DNA from: Nitrospirota bacterium
GTDB taxonomy: Bacteria > Nitrospirota > UBA9217
NCBI GenBank assembly: GCA_963796285.1
Contig: CAWCKW010000010.1
Location: 15,717-79,716, forward strand
Length of the DNA: 64,000 bases
Direction: 5' to 3'
Numbering within the stretch: the first letter of the stretch is position 1; every line of letters begins with the position of its first letter. A model generated the notes under the pieces. That model was not told the origin of the DNA. It saw only the letters and a program-made list of their open reading frames with translations, and made no database searches. Position numbers and translations under genes: made by a program. This document shows positions 1 through 10,713 of this stretch, in pieces.

Positions 1-478
1 GGTCAGCCTCATCGAGCACGAGCAGCTCGAGGCGGGAGAAGTTGATCTGTCCCCGTTCCATATGGTCCATGAGGCGTCCGGGTGTTGCAACGATCAGGTC
101 CACGGGCTGCGATAAGAGTCTCTGCTGTTCGAAATAGGGCATGCCGCCGAGGATCGCACCGCTTCGGATGCGCATGAACTTGCCGTAGGTTTTTACCGCT
201 TCGGTGATCTGGTTGGCCAATTCGCGCGTGGGCGTCAGTACGAGAACGCGGGGACCTTTGGATCTTCCTGTTGATGTTGAAGGGACGCTCAAACGCTGGA
301 GCGCGGGCATCACAAAGGCCGCGGTCTTGCCGGTCCCGGTCTGGGCCGTGGCGATCAGGTCCAGACCCGCCAGGGCCTTGGGAATGGCCTGCTCCTGGAT
401 GGGCGTGGGCGTGGTATAGCCGCACAGTTTTATTGCCTTGAGGATCGGTTCGATGAGCTGCAATTTTGAAAAAGACAT
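1..478 (-). CDS. DEAD-box RNA helicase (RhlE-like), runs off the window edge
   Basis: Manual translation from ATG at 478: MSFSKLQL...GYTTPTPIQ (Q motif), AQTGTGKT (motif I), PTRELA, TPGRL, LVLDEAD. Confidence 0.92.
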   Translation of the reverse strand, partial: MSFSKLQLIEPILKAIKLCGYTTPTPIQEQAIPKALAGLDLIATAQTGTGKTAAFVMPALQRLSVPSTSTGRSKGPRVLVLTPTRELANQITEAVKTYGKFMRIRSGAILGGMPYFEQQRLLSQPVDLIVATPGRLMDHMERGQINFSRLELLVLDEAD

Positions 479-826
479 ACTACTCCTTTGATCTCCTCTG
501 CTGGAATGATACGATCCAGAAACAGAGATCCTGTTAGGGGTTTGCGTGCAGGCCGCAGGGACACAACTGTATCCCTGAGAGCGAAGACGACGCCAGCACA
601 AATATGACCGGCATAACTACATCGTTCGCCAACCATACGTGCTGCTGTGATTTCAGAGTGGGAGCTGAAAACAAGGGGGGTTAGAGATCGATGATATGAA
701 GGGCAGAGAGATGGTGACGTGTGAGTGTACTTCAGTCAAATCCTGCCGCATTGTTAAACAGTCGACGTGCATAATACAGGATTATCGGGAAATAGCAAGA
801 ACTATTTTGAAATAATTGAGATAAAC

Positions 827-1831
827 TCACAAAGGCATGCTGGGGCGCGGGTTCAGGTCGAGGCGGGAGGTCTCTCCGCGCTGGTGATGGAGATATCCCG
901 CAAGGGCGATCATGGCTGCGTTGTCAATACAAAGGTCCATGCCGGGAAGATAGAGCGTAATGCCGCGCTTCCCGGCTTCTTCCTTCATCCTCGCCCTGAG
1001 CAGGCTGTTCGCCGCAACGCCTCCGGCAACCACGATCTTGTCCGCACGTGTTTCGGAGGCCGCTTGCATGGTCCTGTCAACGAGCGTGTCCACGACCGCG
1101 GCCTGGAAGCTCGCCGCCACATCCTTGATATTAAGGCCCGGGTCGAGTCCCTTGTCCTTGCTCGTAAAGAGCGCAAGGTGGTTCCTGACCGCGGTCTTGA
1201 GCCCGCTGAAGCTGAAGTCATACCCTTCGAGATGGCCTCGCGGGAATTTCACTGCCCCGGGATCGCCCTCCCGTGCCAGCTTGTCGACCACCGGACCCCC
1301 GGGATATTCAAGGCCAAGCAGCTTTGCCACCTTATCATAGGCCTCGCCTGCCGCATCGTCCCGTGTCTGGCCAAGGAGCCGGTATTCGCCGAGTCCCTTG
1401 ACGTGATAGAGCGCCGTGTGTCCGCCCGACACGAGCAGTGCGAGGTAGGGGTAGCCGATGCCGGGATATTCAATGTGCGCGGCGAGGATGTGGCCTTCGC
1501 CGTGGTGCACGCCGATGAAGGGGATGCCTCGCGCATAGGCGATGGCCTTGGCGGCGGAAACGCCTACGAGCAGCGCGCCGATAAGGCCGGGTGTGTACGT
1601 GACCGCTACGAGGTTGATGTCCTGGAGCGCAACCGAAGCGGAGGCGAGCGCCTCGCGGATGATGGGCATGAGGTTCTTGAGGTGCTCCCGCGATGCCAGC
1701 TCGGGCACCACGCCGCCGAATTTTTTATGGATATCGATCTGCGAGGAGACGATGCTGGACAGGACCTTGTCGTCCTGCAGCACCGCAGCCGCAGTTTCAT
1801 CGCATGAGGTTTCTATTCCGAGGGTGAGCAT
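827..1831 (-). CDS. tsaD: tRNA N6-adenosine threonylcarbamoyltransferase TsaD
   Basis: LGIETSCDET start, GGVVPELASREH, HGEGH, LVSGGHT, DDAAGEAYDK, FSFSGLKT, DNAAMIA. Confidence 0.96.
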   Translation of the reverse strand: MLTLGIETSCDETAAAVLQDDKVLSSIVSSQIDIHKKFGGVVPELASREHLKNLMPIIREALASASVALQDINLVAVTYTPGLIGALLVGVSAAKAIAYARGIPFIGVHHGEGHILAAHIEYPGIGYPYLALLVSGGHTALYHVKGLGEYRLLGQTRDDAAGEAYDKVAKLLGLEYPGGPVVDKLAREGDPGAVKFPRGHLEGYDFSFSGLKTAVRNHLALFTSKDKGLDPGLNIKDVAASFQAAVVDTLVDRTMQAASETRADKIVVAGGVAANSLLRARMKEEAGKRGITLYLPGMDLCIDNAAMIALAGYLHHQRGETSRLDLNPRPSMPL

Positions 1832-1840
1832 GTCGTTTTT

Positions 1841-1997
1841 ACCGCAGAGAGCGCAGAGTACGCAGAGGAAGGCAGGTTAATAGCAGAAAAGAAAAAGAAG
1901 GCCTGTTGTTGAAAATAATAGCTTGACAGTAACAGCCCTTGTCCCTTATCGGACAATTTCCGGTTTTTTCAGCGACCTCTGCGTCCTCTGCGGTGAA
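1841..1997. repeat. Intergenic palindromic element built from ~9-bp imperfect tandem units
   Basis: accgcagagagcgcagagtacgcagagg pairs with cagcgacctctgcgtcctctgcggt. Confidence 0.6.
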
Positions 1998-2003
1998 AAT
2001 GGT

Positions 2004-2937
2004 TTAATTCATCAACCTCGACACGGGCACGATCTCGATCCCCTGGGTGTTGATGCCGGCAAGCCACTTTCTGAGTTCGTCGAGCGTGACAGGGTGCGGA
2101 TGCCCGATGCCGATGGCCTTGCCGTGTTTTCGCGCGATGTCCACCAGCGCTGCCAGCTGTTCGCGGATATACGCCGGGTTGTCGCCTTCATTATCCAGGA
2201 ACACATCGCGCTTGGCTGCTTTCATGCCAAACTCGATGGCGGTCGCGTAGGCCACGCTCTTCGGATTGGTCAAACTGTCGAGGAAGAAGAGATTGCGTGC
2301 CTTGAGCTCCGCCATCAGGAATTTCATGGCTTCCTTGTTTTCCGTAAGGGCCGAGCCTTCGTGGTTATTCACGCCGACGGCCCCGGGGACCGATTCCACG
2401 TCGTCGCTCACGGTGGTGAGGAACGCCATGGGGGTCATGTCGGCGCTCAGCGTGCCGGGGGACTGTGTTTTTTCGTGGTTCTTCAAGGGCTCCATGGGCA
2501 TATGGAGAAGGACCTCACGACTGGCCTGTTTGGCCAGATTGGCAACATCTTTTGACTGCGGCAGTCCCGGCATAACAGCAACAGTGATGTTTCCGGGCAG
2601 CGTGAGGACCTCTTTTGCCTGTTTTACGTCCTGGCCCAGGTCGTCGATCACGATGGCGATCAGAGCCGTTTTTTCAAACGATCCCGCGACCAGGCTTTCG
2701 TGCGTGTTTTTTCGCTTCTTTTATTTGTTTTTTTGCTTTCGGGATTGTTTTCTTCTGCTGCGGTTCCTGTTTCGTTGTTTGCTCAACAGGCTTCTTTTCT
2801 TCCGCAACCCGGAACTTGCGAAGCGGACCCCAGAGCGTCAGCACGATCGCGACCAGGGCAATGACGATCCCCGCGATAACGATGCGGTCGAACGTACCGC
2901 CTGTGCCTTTGCCTCTGGACGAAGGTTTCTTTGCCAT
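2004..2937 (-). CDS. Divergent polysaccharide deacetylase family protein (YibQ-like), split by a frameshift near 2680-2710
   Basis: N-terminal TM ORF 2674-2937 plus ORF 2004-2651 with IDDLG, LHMPMEP, GVNNHEGS, FLDSLT, RDVFLDN, IGIGHP. Confidence 0.82.
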
Positions 2938-3138
2938 GGCAAGATTTATACAATATTATGGCGAAAAACACCAGACATTTTTTGTTGCACGTTGCGGAGA
3001 AGGGGCACTGCTGCCGTTGAAAAGGCCGCTTTTTTAACAAACGCTGTTTTTTGGCTTGACTTAGTCAGTGACGGATTTTATACTGCATGCCACGCATGTA
3101 CCCATGAAGGTGCGGTGCAGAGGAGGTTTTAACAGGCT

Positions 3139-4166
3139 ATGAGCTTCACCTATGTTCAAGAAATTCCGGCGCCCCAGGAGATCCTCGCAGCAATGCCGGT
3201 TTCCCCGGATCTCGTGGAGGTCAAAAAAAAACGTGATCAGGAAATCAAGGCGGCCTTTACCCGCCGGAACAGCAAATTGGTCCTGATCATCGGGCCGTGC
3301 TCGGCCCACGATGAGGAGGCGGTGTGCGATTACATCTCGCGGCTGGCAAAGGTCCAGGCAGAGGTGAAAGACACGATCGTCATCATCCCGCGCATCTACA
3401 CCAACAAGCCGCGCACCACCGGGATCGGGTACAAGGGCATGGCCCACCAGCCGAATCTCCAGGAAGAGCCGAACATCGTGGAGGGCATCAAGGCGATCCG
3501 GAAGATGCACATCCGCGCGCTGAAGGAATCCCATCTTCCCGCGGCTGATGAGATGCTCTACCCCGGCAACTATCCCTACCTCGAGGACGTCCTGAGCTAT
3601 GTTGCCGTGGGTGCCCGCTCGGTCGAGAACCAGGCGCACCGGTTGACGTGCAGCGGCCTCGATATCCCCGTGGGCATGAAGAACCCGACGTCGGGCGACA
3701 TGGAGGTGACGCTCAATTCCATCCAGGCGTCGCAAGCTCCCCACGTCTTCAGCTACAACCGGTGGGAAGTGAAGACCTCGGGCAATCCGCTCACGCACGC
3801 GGTGCTCCGGGGCGCGGTGGACTATCATGGCCGCGCTGTCCCCAACTATCATTATGAAGACCTCAAGGCATTCACCGAGTCCTACCAGAAGCGCGGACTC
3901 ACCAACCCTGCGATCATTGTGGACACGAACCACGCTAACTCGAACAAGCAGTATGCCGATCAGCCGCGCATCGCCATGGAGGTGATGCAGAGCCGCCGGC
4001 ACTCGTCCCTGCTCAAGGACATGATCAGGGGTTCATGATCGAGAGCTTTATCGAAGAAGGCGCGCAGAAGGTGACGGAGAACGTGTACGGCAAATCCATC
4101 ACCGATCCGTGCCTGGGATGGAAGGATTCGGAAAAGCTGATCCGCGATCTGGCGGGGATGGTGTAG
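3139..4166 (+). CDS. DAHP synthase (class I), frameshift in a G run near 4030
   Basis: IIGPCS, RIYTNKPRTTG, VGARS, GMKN, DTNHANS. The C-terminus MIESFIEEG...YGKSITDPCLGW continues in another frame to TAG at 4166. Confidence 0.92.
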
Positions 4167-4168
4167 GG

Positions 4169-4275
4169 GCAGAGAGCAGAGAGCAGAGAGCAGAGAGCAG
4201 AGAGCAGAGAGCAGAGAGCAGAGAGCAGAGAGCAGCAGAGACTCAACTCTATGCGCTATGCCCCATGCTCTCTGC
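4169..4275. repeat. Heptamer tandem repeat (GCAGAGA)x9 followed by a degenerate complementary heptamer arm
   Basis: Nine exact units at 4169-4231, then tctatgc gctatgc cccatgc tctctgc. Confidence 0.9.
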
Positions 4276-4283
4276 AACTACGT

Positions 4284-4907
4284 ATGGATCTCTTCGACGC
4301 AATCCAGGGAAGAAAAAGCATCCGCCGGTTCAAGCAGCAGCCGGTGCCTGACGAGGACATAAACAAGATCCTCGATGCGGGGCGGCTTGCGCCCTCGGCG
4401 AACAACACTCAGCCCTGGAGCTTTGTCGTCATCAAGGACAAGGCGCTTCTTGCGAAGATGGCCGGTGCGGTGCGGGAGATGATCGACCGGATGATCCCTT
4501 TTGCCGGTGATGAGAAGCAGGCGCAGCGGCTTGCGGCGTACAAAGGCAGCTATTATACATTTTTTGAGCATGCCCCCGTGGTGATCGCCGTGTTCATGGA
4601 AGGGTACAGCGCGGGAACGGACCGGCTGCTGGCGAGGATGGGGTATTCCGCTGGGGACATCAAGAGGCTCCGGCCCTTGCCCGGTCTTCAGAGCGTTTCC
4701 GCCGCGATCCAGAATATGCTTCTTGCGGTCCACGCTCTCGGCTACGGCTCCTGCTGGATGACCGGTCCGCTTGTGGCGCAGGAGTCGTTCGAGAAGTTGT
4801 TGGGTTACGGCAAGGACAAGTTCATTGCCGCGCTATTGCCGATCGGTGTCCCGGATGAGAACCCTCCGGCGAGGAGCAGGAAGCCGCTTGAAGAAGTAGT
4901 AAGATGA
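4284..4907 (+). CDS. Nitroreductase family protein
   Basis: RKSIRRF, APSANNTQPW, QNMLLAVHALGYGSCWM. Confidence 0.9.
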   Translation: MDLFDAIQGRKSIRRFKQQPVPDEDINKILDAGRLAPSANNTQPWSFVVIKDKALLAKMAGAVREMIDRMIPFAGDEKQAQRLAAYKGSYYTFFEHAPVVIAVFMEGYSAGTDRLLARMGYSAGDIKRLRPLPGLQSVSAAIQNMLLAVHALGYGSCWMTGPLVAQESFEKLLGYGKDKFIAALLPIGVPDENPPARSRKPLEEVVR

Positions 4908-5076
4908 TCGAACCGGTGTCTCCTCGCAAGGGAATGTCAGTAAAATCCGTTTTACATTTCCCGGGACAATCGCTATAATAACCCAGAAAATTCCCCGGGG
5001 ACCCGGATAAGATCATTTCAGTTGTCCATCAGAGCCGATTATTGTCCGGGAGCATCGGTCGTACCTGAGAGCTTCT

Positions 5077-5883
5077 ATGCGAATAGCCGGTATACAGATA
5101 AGCGCTGGCGAGGATATTGAACGGAATATCCAGCGAGCCGTGGAAATGGCGGAAGTGGCGGCTGAAAAGGACGCCAGGGTCATCTGCTATCCCGAGCTGT
5201 TCCTGACGCCCTGGTTCCCGAAACAAGAGAACAGGTCGCTCTTCTCACTGGCCTTAAGCCCGCTCGGCGAGACCTTCGCCAGGTTCCAGCAGGTTTCCGA
5301 GAAGACCCGGACCGTGCTCATCGTCCCGTTCTTCGAATCCGTCAGCGGCAAATACTTCAATAGCGCCGCGGTCTTTGATTGCGGTAAACTGCTCGGCAAC
5401 TATCGCAAACTGCATCTCCCCGATCTTCCCCTCTATCGCGAACAGTTCTATTTTTCCCCTGGAGATACCGGGATCCCCGTGTTCGAGACGTCGCAGGGCA
5501 GGATCGGCGTCCAGATCTGCTGGGACAACCTTTTTCCCGAGGGCAGCCGGGTCCTTGCGCTTAAGGGCGCCGAGCTCGTGTTCGCGCCAACAGCCGCATC
5601 GGTCAAGACGCACAGTCTCTGGGAGCGGGCGATATGCGCCAATGCCTTTGCCAACAACCTGTTCATCTTCCGGGTCAACCGCGTGGGGAAGGAGGACGGG
5701 ATCTCGTTCTACGGCAGGAGCTTCTGCGTGGACCCCTGGGGCGAGATGGCATCCGAACTCGCCGGTGGCAAGGAGGCGATCGTGATCGCCGATATCGACC
5801 TCAAAGAGCGCGTTGCCGCCATGGAGACCTGGGGGTTCCTCAAGAACCGCAAGCCCGCCGAATACGGGGACTTGGTGAAGTAG
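5077..5883 (+). CDS. Carbon-nitrogen hydrolase (nitrilase superfamily, N-carbamoylputrescine amidase-like)
   Basis: E-K-C triad in YPELF, YRKLHLP, QICWD. Also NRVG and FYGRSF. Confidence 0.88.
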   Translation: MRIAGIQISAGEDIERNIQRAVEMAEVAAEKDARVICYPELFLTPWFPKQENRSLFSLALSPLGETFARFQQVSEKTRTVLIVPFFESVSGKYFNSAAVFDCGKLLGNYRKLHLPDLPLYREQFYFSPGDTGIPVFETSQGRIGVQICWDNLFPEGSRVLALKGAELVFAPTAASVKTHSLWERAICANAFANNLFIFRVNRVGKEDGISFYGRSFCVDPWGEMASELAGGKEAIVIADIDLKERVAAMETWGFLKNRKPAEYGDLVK

Positions 5884-6199
5884 TGCTGCCGGGGGTGCTA
5901 TCCTTTCAGACATAAATACAGAACATCGATTCCTAGGTGAGGTGTCCTGTTAAGCATCAAGGTGAGTGAAATGTTCATTGTGAGTATGTTCGTATCGCTA
6001 GTTCGTATCCCGGCACTGGTTGCAAGCAGTATCTTGCTTTATCAGGGCATATCGATCAAAGAGAAGTCAATAATCGTTGATTAGTGATCTCTGCAAAATG
6101 AATGCAATCCGGATCCGTAAGAGAATCGATAGAGTCGGGATACCAACGTTACTATGAGATAATACTTCATGATATTATCTCCCCCTGTCCTCACATCAT

Positions 6200-7606
6200 A
6201 TGCGAGATGTACCTATCAAAATTCTGTTGATCAGCATTAATCAATGCGACGAGCCCTACCCTGTTTTCCCGCTCGGCCTGGCATACGTTCATTCTGCCTT
6301 GCGCCGAGCCGGCTATCAAACCCGGTGGATTGATTGGCAAATGGACCGCACGGTCATGGCCGACACGCTTGCGGACTTTTTACCGGACTTTGTCGGTATT
6401 TCGTTGCGCAACATCGATGATGTCCTCATCAAGAAACGCCGGACTTTCTTCGATGACCTGAGCGGACTTTGCGCGGAAATCAAACAGCTCTCATCATGCC
6501 CGATTATCCTGGGAGGAAGCGGTTTTTCAATTTTCCCGGAAGAGCTGCTGATGTCGTCCGGTGCCGATTTCGGGATCCATGGAGAGGGGGAGGACAGCGT
6601 CGTTTCGTTGATATCAGCCCTGGAGCAAAAAAAAGATCACTCGGATATTTCCGGCCTCGTTTTTCGCAAGGGCGATCGGATTATCATTAATCCCCTGGGC
6701 AACAGCACGCCTCTGGACTGCCTGGCAATGCCGGAACGTCCCGGCAGCCTCGCCGAATTCTATCTCAAGAAAAGCGCGATGCTTAACATACAAACCCAAC
6801 GCGGCTGCGCGTTTCGCTGCTGCTATTGCACGTATCCGGTGATCGAGGGGCATCAGGTACGCCGGCGCGCGCCTGAAGCGGTGGCCGAGGAATTTGAAAT
6901 AATTCAGCACGCGGGCGCGAAATACGTTTTCATCGTTGACGCTGTTTTCAATTCATCCGCCGATCACGTCGCCGGGATCTGCGAAGCCCTTCTCCAAAAG
7001 AACGTAAAACTCAAATGGGGCTGTTTTTTGCACCCCAATAACCTAACCCCCGAATTGATGCGGATGATGTCCCGGGCGGGCTTGACGCACATCGAATTCG
7101 GGTCGGACTCTCTCTGCGATCCGGTGCTGGAAGCCTACGGAAAGCGATTCACGTTCGAGAACATTTATGAATCGAGCGAACTGGCGCGTCGCGAAAAAAT
7201 CGATTACTGCCATTTCCTGATCTCCGGCGGGCCGGGCGAAACGCGAACGACACTGAAGTTGGGTTTCGAGAATTCGCATCGGCTGCAAAACGCTGCGATT
7301 CTGGCGGTAGTCGGCATGCGCATTTATCCGGGTACGGCGTTGCATGAACAGGCCCGTCGCGAAGGCATCAGCTGGACCGGGGCTGAGTTGCTGCAACCGC
7401 GGTATTATCTTTCCCCGGACCTGACGGAGGAGGAAGTCTTCGACCACTTGTGCGAATTTTCGCGCGTTTCGCCCAATTGGATCGTAGGTGATCCATCGCC
7501 CATTTATCTGAAAATGAATGAACGATTGCGCGCTAAAGGGATCGTGAGACCATTATGGAGTTACTTTGCCATGATGCAACGGTTGTTCGGCGTTCCTCCA
7601 AATTGA
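6200..7606 (+). CDS. B12-binding radical SAM protein, resembling the lipid-biosynthesis-associated family
   Basis: N-terminal PYPVFPLGLAY...GISLRNID...ILGGSGFS cobalamin domain, CxxxCxxC in RGCAFRCCYC. Confidence 0.82.
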   Translation: MRDVPIKILLISINQCDEPYPVFPLGLAYVHSALRRAGYQTRWIDWQMDRTVMADTLADFLPDFVGISLRNIDDVLIKKRRTFFDDLSGLCAEIKQLSSCPIILGGSGFSIFPEELLMSSGADFGIHGEGEDSVVSLISALEQKKDHSDISGLVFRKGDRIIINPLGNSTPLDCLAMPERPGSLAEFYLKKSAMLNIQTQRGCAFRCCYCTYPVIEGHQVRRRAPEAVAEEFEIIQHAGAKYVFIVDAVFNSSADHVAGICEALLQKNVKLKWGCFLHPNNLTPELMRMMSRAGLTHIEFGSDSLCDPVLEAYGKRFTFENIYESSELARREKIDYCHFLISGGPGETRTTLKLGFENSHRLQNAAILAVVGMRIYPGTALHEQARREGISWTGAELLQPRYYLSPDLTEEEVFDHLCEFSRVSPNWIVGDPSPIYLKMNERLRAKGIVRPLWSYFAMMQRLFGVPPN

Positions 7607-7748
7607 ATCGCTTCAGAGGTCACATCAGGCCGGCGGTACAAGTAAGGTTTCAATCCATAATCGGTAATGAAAACCGATAACAATTGGTTTTGTGTAGGCC
7701 GTACTTGTTGGTGAATTATTATCATACCGGGCCTCACTCCTTGTAACT

Positions 7749-7781
7749 TCTCATTTCATATAATGTTACAGTTCTGTTAAA
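7749..7781 (-). promoter_or_regulatory. Pho-box-like 11-bp repeats in inverted orientation upstream of phoB
   Basis: Minus strand reads tttaacagaac tgtaacattat, the same units as the other arrays. Confidence 0.5.
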
Positions 7782-7832
7782 TCTTTGTGCCCCCCTTGAA
7801 TTCCCGCGAAGATACGTGTTATAACTACGCTC

Positions 7833-8528
7833 ATGAATAATAAAATATTGATCGTCGATGATGAACCGGATATCGTTGACCTCGTATCCTATAATTTGAA
7901 AAAAGACGGCTTCCGGGTCACGACGGCCTCAGACGGCGAACAAGCGCTCCGCAAGGTCAGGAAAGACAAATTTGACCTCGTCGTTCTCGACCTCATGCTT
8001 CCCGGCATACAGGGAGTGGAGCTTTGCCGCATCATCAGGAACGATCCCAAGACGGCCGATACTCCGATTATTATGCTTACGGCAAAGGGCGAAGAGGTGG
8101 ACCGGGTCATAGGTCTGGAAAGCGGCGCCGATGATTACATGACAAAACCGTTCAGTTCGAAAGAGCTCATTGCGCGCATAAAAGCCGTATTAAGAAGAAC
8201 GGGAGAAAAAACAACAACGGAAAAGACCATCCATATCGGCAACCTGCTGATCAATCTGGAAACCCACGGCGTTACAAAGGGGAAAACCCCGCTGGAGCTC
8301 AGCGCAACTGAATTTAAGCTGCTGGTGTATCTCGTCGAACGGAAAGGCAAGCTGTACAGCCGTGAACAGCTCGTTGATGCCGTGTGGAAAGGGGAGGCCT
8401 TTATCGAACCCAGGACCGTTGATGTCCATATTCGCAGACTCAGGACCCAGATCGAAGATGATCCGTCCAATCCGGCGTACATAAAGACCCGTAGAGGCGT
8501 CGGTTATTATGTAGATGCAGACTTATGA
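7833..8528 (+). CDS. phoB: Phosphate regulon response regulator (OmpR/PhoB family)
   Basis: REC domain (IVDDE, LDLMLP, KPF) plus winged helix RTVDVHIRRLR. Overlaps a PhoR-like kinase in a pst/ptx context. Confidence 0.85.
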   Translation: MNNKILIVDDEPDIVDLVSYNLKKDGFRVTTASDGEQALRKVRKDKFDLVVLDLMLPGIQGVELCRIIRNDPKTADTPIIMLTAKGEEVDRVIGLESGADDYMTKPFSSKELIARIKAVLRRTGEKTTTEKTIHIGNLLINLETHGVTKGKTPLELSATEFKLLVYLVERKGKLYSREQLVDAVWKGEAFIEPRTVDVHIRRLRTQIEDDPSNPAYIKTRRGVGYYVDADL

Positions 8529-10265
8529 AACAACGCATCTTCGGCCGGATATTCTTTCTGTATGCGGTCACGATGCTTGCCGCGGTCGTCTGTATCGAAT
8601 TCTTCATCACCGACGCCGTGAGAAGCAGTCATATTAATGAACTTCGAGATCACCTCCTTTCACAGGCAGCGCTCATTTCCAATGACCTCTCGTTCAAGGA
8701 CCAACCCTCTCTCGATAACCGCTGCAAACAGTTTAAGGAGCAAACCGGTTTTCGTGTGACCATCATCGCTCTCGACGGACGGGTCCTCGGGGATTCGGAC
8801 AGCGCATCATCCGTCATGGAGAACCACGCGGGTCGTCCTGAAATCCAACAGGCCCTCATGAACGGTACAGGCATGTCCAAACGATACAGCGATACCCTGC
8901 ACGACGATCGGCTGTATGTCGCAAAGAGGATCACGCGTGACGGTCTGCCCGTTGGTGTTGTCCGGCTCAGTATGCGGCTTAACGTCGTGGACGCCTCGAT
9001 CGACGCCATCAGATTCAGGATCATCGGGGTCGTCATCGCGATCCTGCTTGCGACGGGCCTGTTCTCAATCAGACAGCTGGAGCGTATCAGGAAACTGACA
9101 AAGCGGATCGGAGACTTTTCGCGCTCTCTCGCGGGCGGCGAAACCGGGAACAAACTGTATTTTGACCGCGCTGGAGAGTTCGAAGAGATAGCCGAGAGCC
9201 TGAATCAGATGTCAGTGGAACTGCGGAACAGCTATTGCCGAGAACGACGGAGAAAGAAAACGGCTGAATGAGATTCTTCGAAGCATCCCCGATGTTCTGA
9301 TGATACTCGAACCGAATGGCACGATTCAGCTCGCAAGCTCCGCCTCACGGCAGTATTTCGGCGACGTCCAATTGACGGGAAAACAGGTGTTCGAGGTCAT
9401 ACGAAACCCATTGTTCCTGTCGCTCATGGAAGAGGCGCGCAAGAATCTGACGCCCGGCGTCAGCGAACTGCGGCTTGATTATCCGGAGGAACGGTATTTT
9501 TCTGCGAGGGTTTCGCCTCTCTCCTCTCCGGAAAAGGGACTTGCCGGTTTTGTCGTCATATTGCATGACATCACGCAGCTCAAAAAGCTGGAGCAGACCC
9601 GCAAGGATTTTGTCGCGAACATATCGCACGAGATAAAGACGCCGATCACGGCGATCAAGGGTTTTGCCGACACCCTGCTTGAGGGCGCATTGAATGATAC
9701 GGAGCACGCTGAAAAATTTTTAAAGATCATCAAGGCGAACAGCGAACGGATCAACAGTCTCGTTGACGACCTGATGACGATCTCCAAAATCGAGCTTGGC
9801 GTCGCCAGGATAGAGAGGTCCCCGGTGGATCTCTCTGATGCTACTGAACATGCACTGGCCCTGTTGAGAACCAAGGCCGCTGACAAGAAGTTGCTCGTGA
9901 AAACCGATTTTCCTGCCGAGCATATAAAAATCAACGCTGACAGGGACAAGCTGATCCAAATACTCACGAACCTCGTGGACAATTCAATAAAATTCACTGA
10001 AACGGGCGGAGTGACGATCGGTTTTCGAATAGAAAACGACAAACCATGCCTGTACGTCGAAGACACCGGCATCGGGATCCCGGAGAAACACCTGCCGCGC
10101 ATTGGGGAGCGGTTTTACCGCGTGGACACCGCCCGGTCGAGGAAGATGGGCGGCACCGGGCTCGGACTGGCCATTGTCAAGCACCTGGTAAAGGCCCACG
10201 GCTGGGAGATGCATATTGAGAGCATTCCGGAAAAGGGCACGAAGGTGAAATTGTACGTGAGTTGA
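8525..10265 (+). CDS. phoR: PhoR-like sensor histidine kinase (TM-sCache-HAMP-PAS-HisKA-HATPase), frameshift near 9235-9270
   Basis: MENHAGRPE, RKDFVANISHEIKTP, ERFYRVDTARSRKMGGTGLGL. Two ORFs, 8525-9271 and 9300-10265. Confidence 0.85.
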
Positions 10266-10537
10266 TGCCATTCCCCGGGACACCATCATTTATCAGAAGT
10301 TAATCCGATCTTTCCGTGTCCAAATGATCTTTGTAGGATAATGTATCACCCGCTCTTTCCATTTGGTGCCGATTCCTCAACCTTCCATTCGTGTTGTCCC
10401 GGTTGTAAAAAAACCTTTCATTAGCTTCCCCCATATCCGATTCACGTTACGCCTGCGTATCCCGTTTCAATCCTTCATAATAGGACGCTCAGTATATTCG
10501 CGTCCGTTCCCTAAACCGGACTGCTCTTGAAAATTCT

Positions 10538-10581
10538 TTTCATGAACATTTAAACAAACCGACATACTGATGTAACAATAA
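10538..10581 (+). promoter_or_regulatory. Four-unit Pho-box-like array upstream of the porin
   Basis: tttcatgaaca tttaaacaaac cgacatactga tgtaacaataa, TAAGTT at 10587. Confidence 0.6.
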
Positions 10582-10713
10582 GAGAGTAAGTTATCCCCCA
10601 TGCAGAGACGCGCCGAGTGGACAAGAAGAAAGAAAATGTTCCGCTCAGCAGCTATGTACGCCGGGAAACACTTCCGTATTAACGGAATAATCATAGATCG
10701 TGGAGGGTACATC

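Noticed and set aside
767-1807. Long antisense ORFs (e.g. 767-1807, 3061-4002, 16963-18246, 18808-20055, 45740-46786)
   Set aside because: They are shadows of real high-GC genes on the opposite strand and have no motifs of their own.
4169-4231. GCAGAGA repeat as a CRISPR array or coding repeat (ORFs 3960-4277, 4025-4246, 4109-4351)
   Set aside because: It is a simple heptamer with no spacers. The ORFs are by-products of the repeat.
5920-6190. Possible ncRNA or attachment site between the nitrilase and radical SAM genes
   Set aside because: No tRNA fold, riboswitch consensus or matching direct repeat could be supported by eye.
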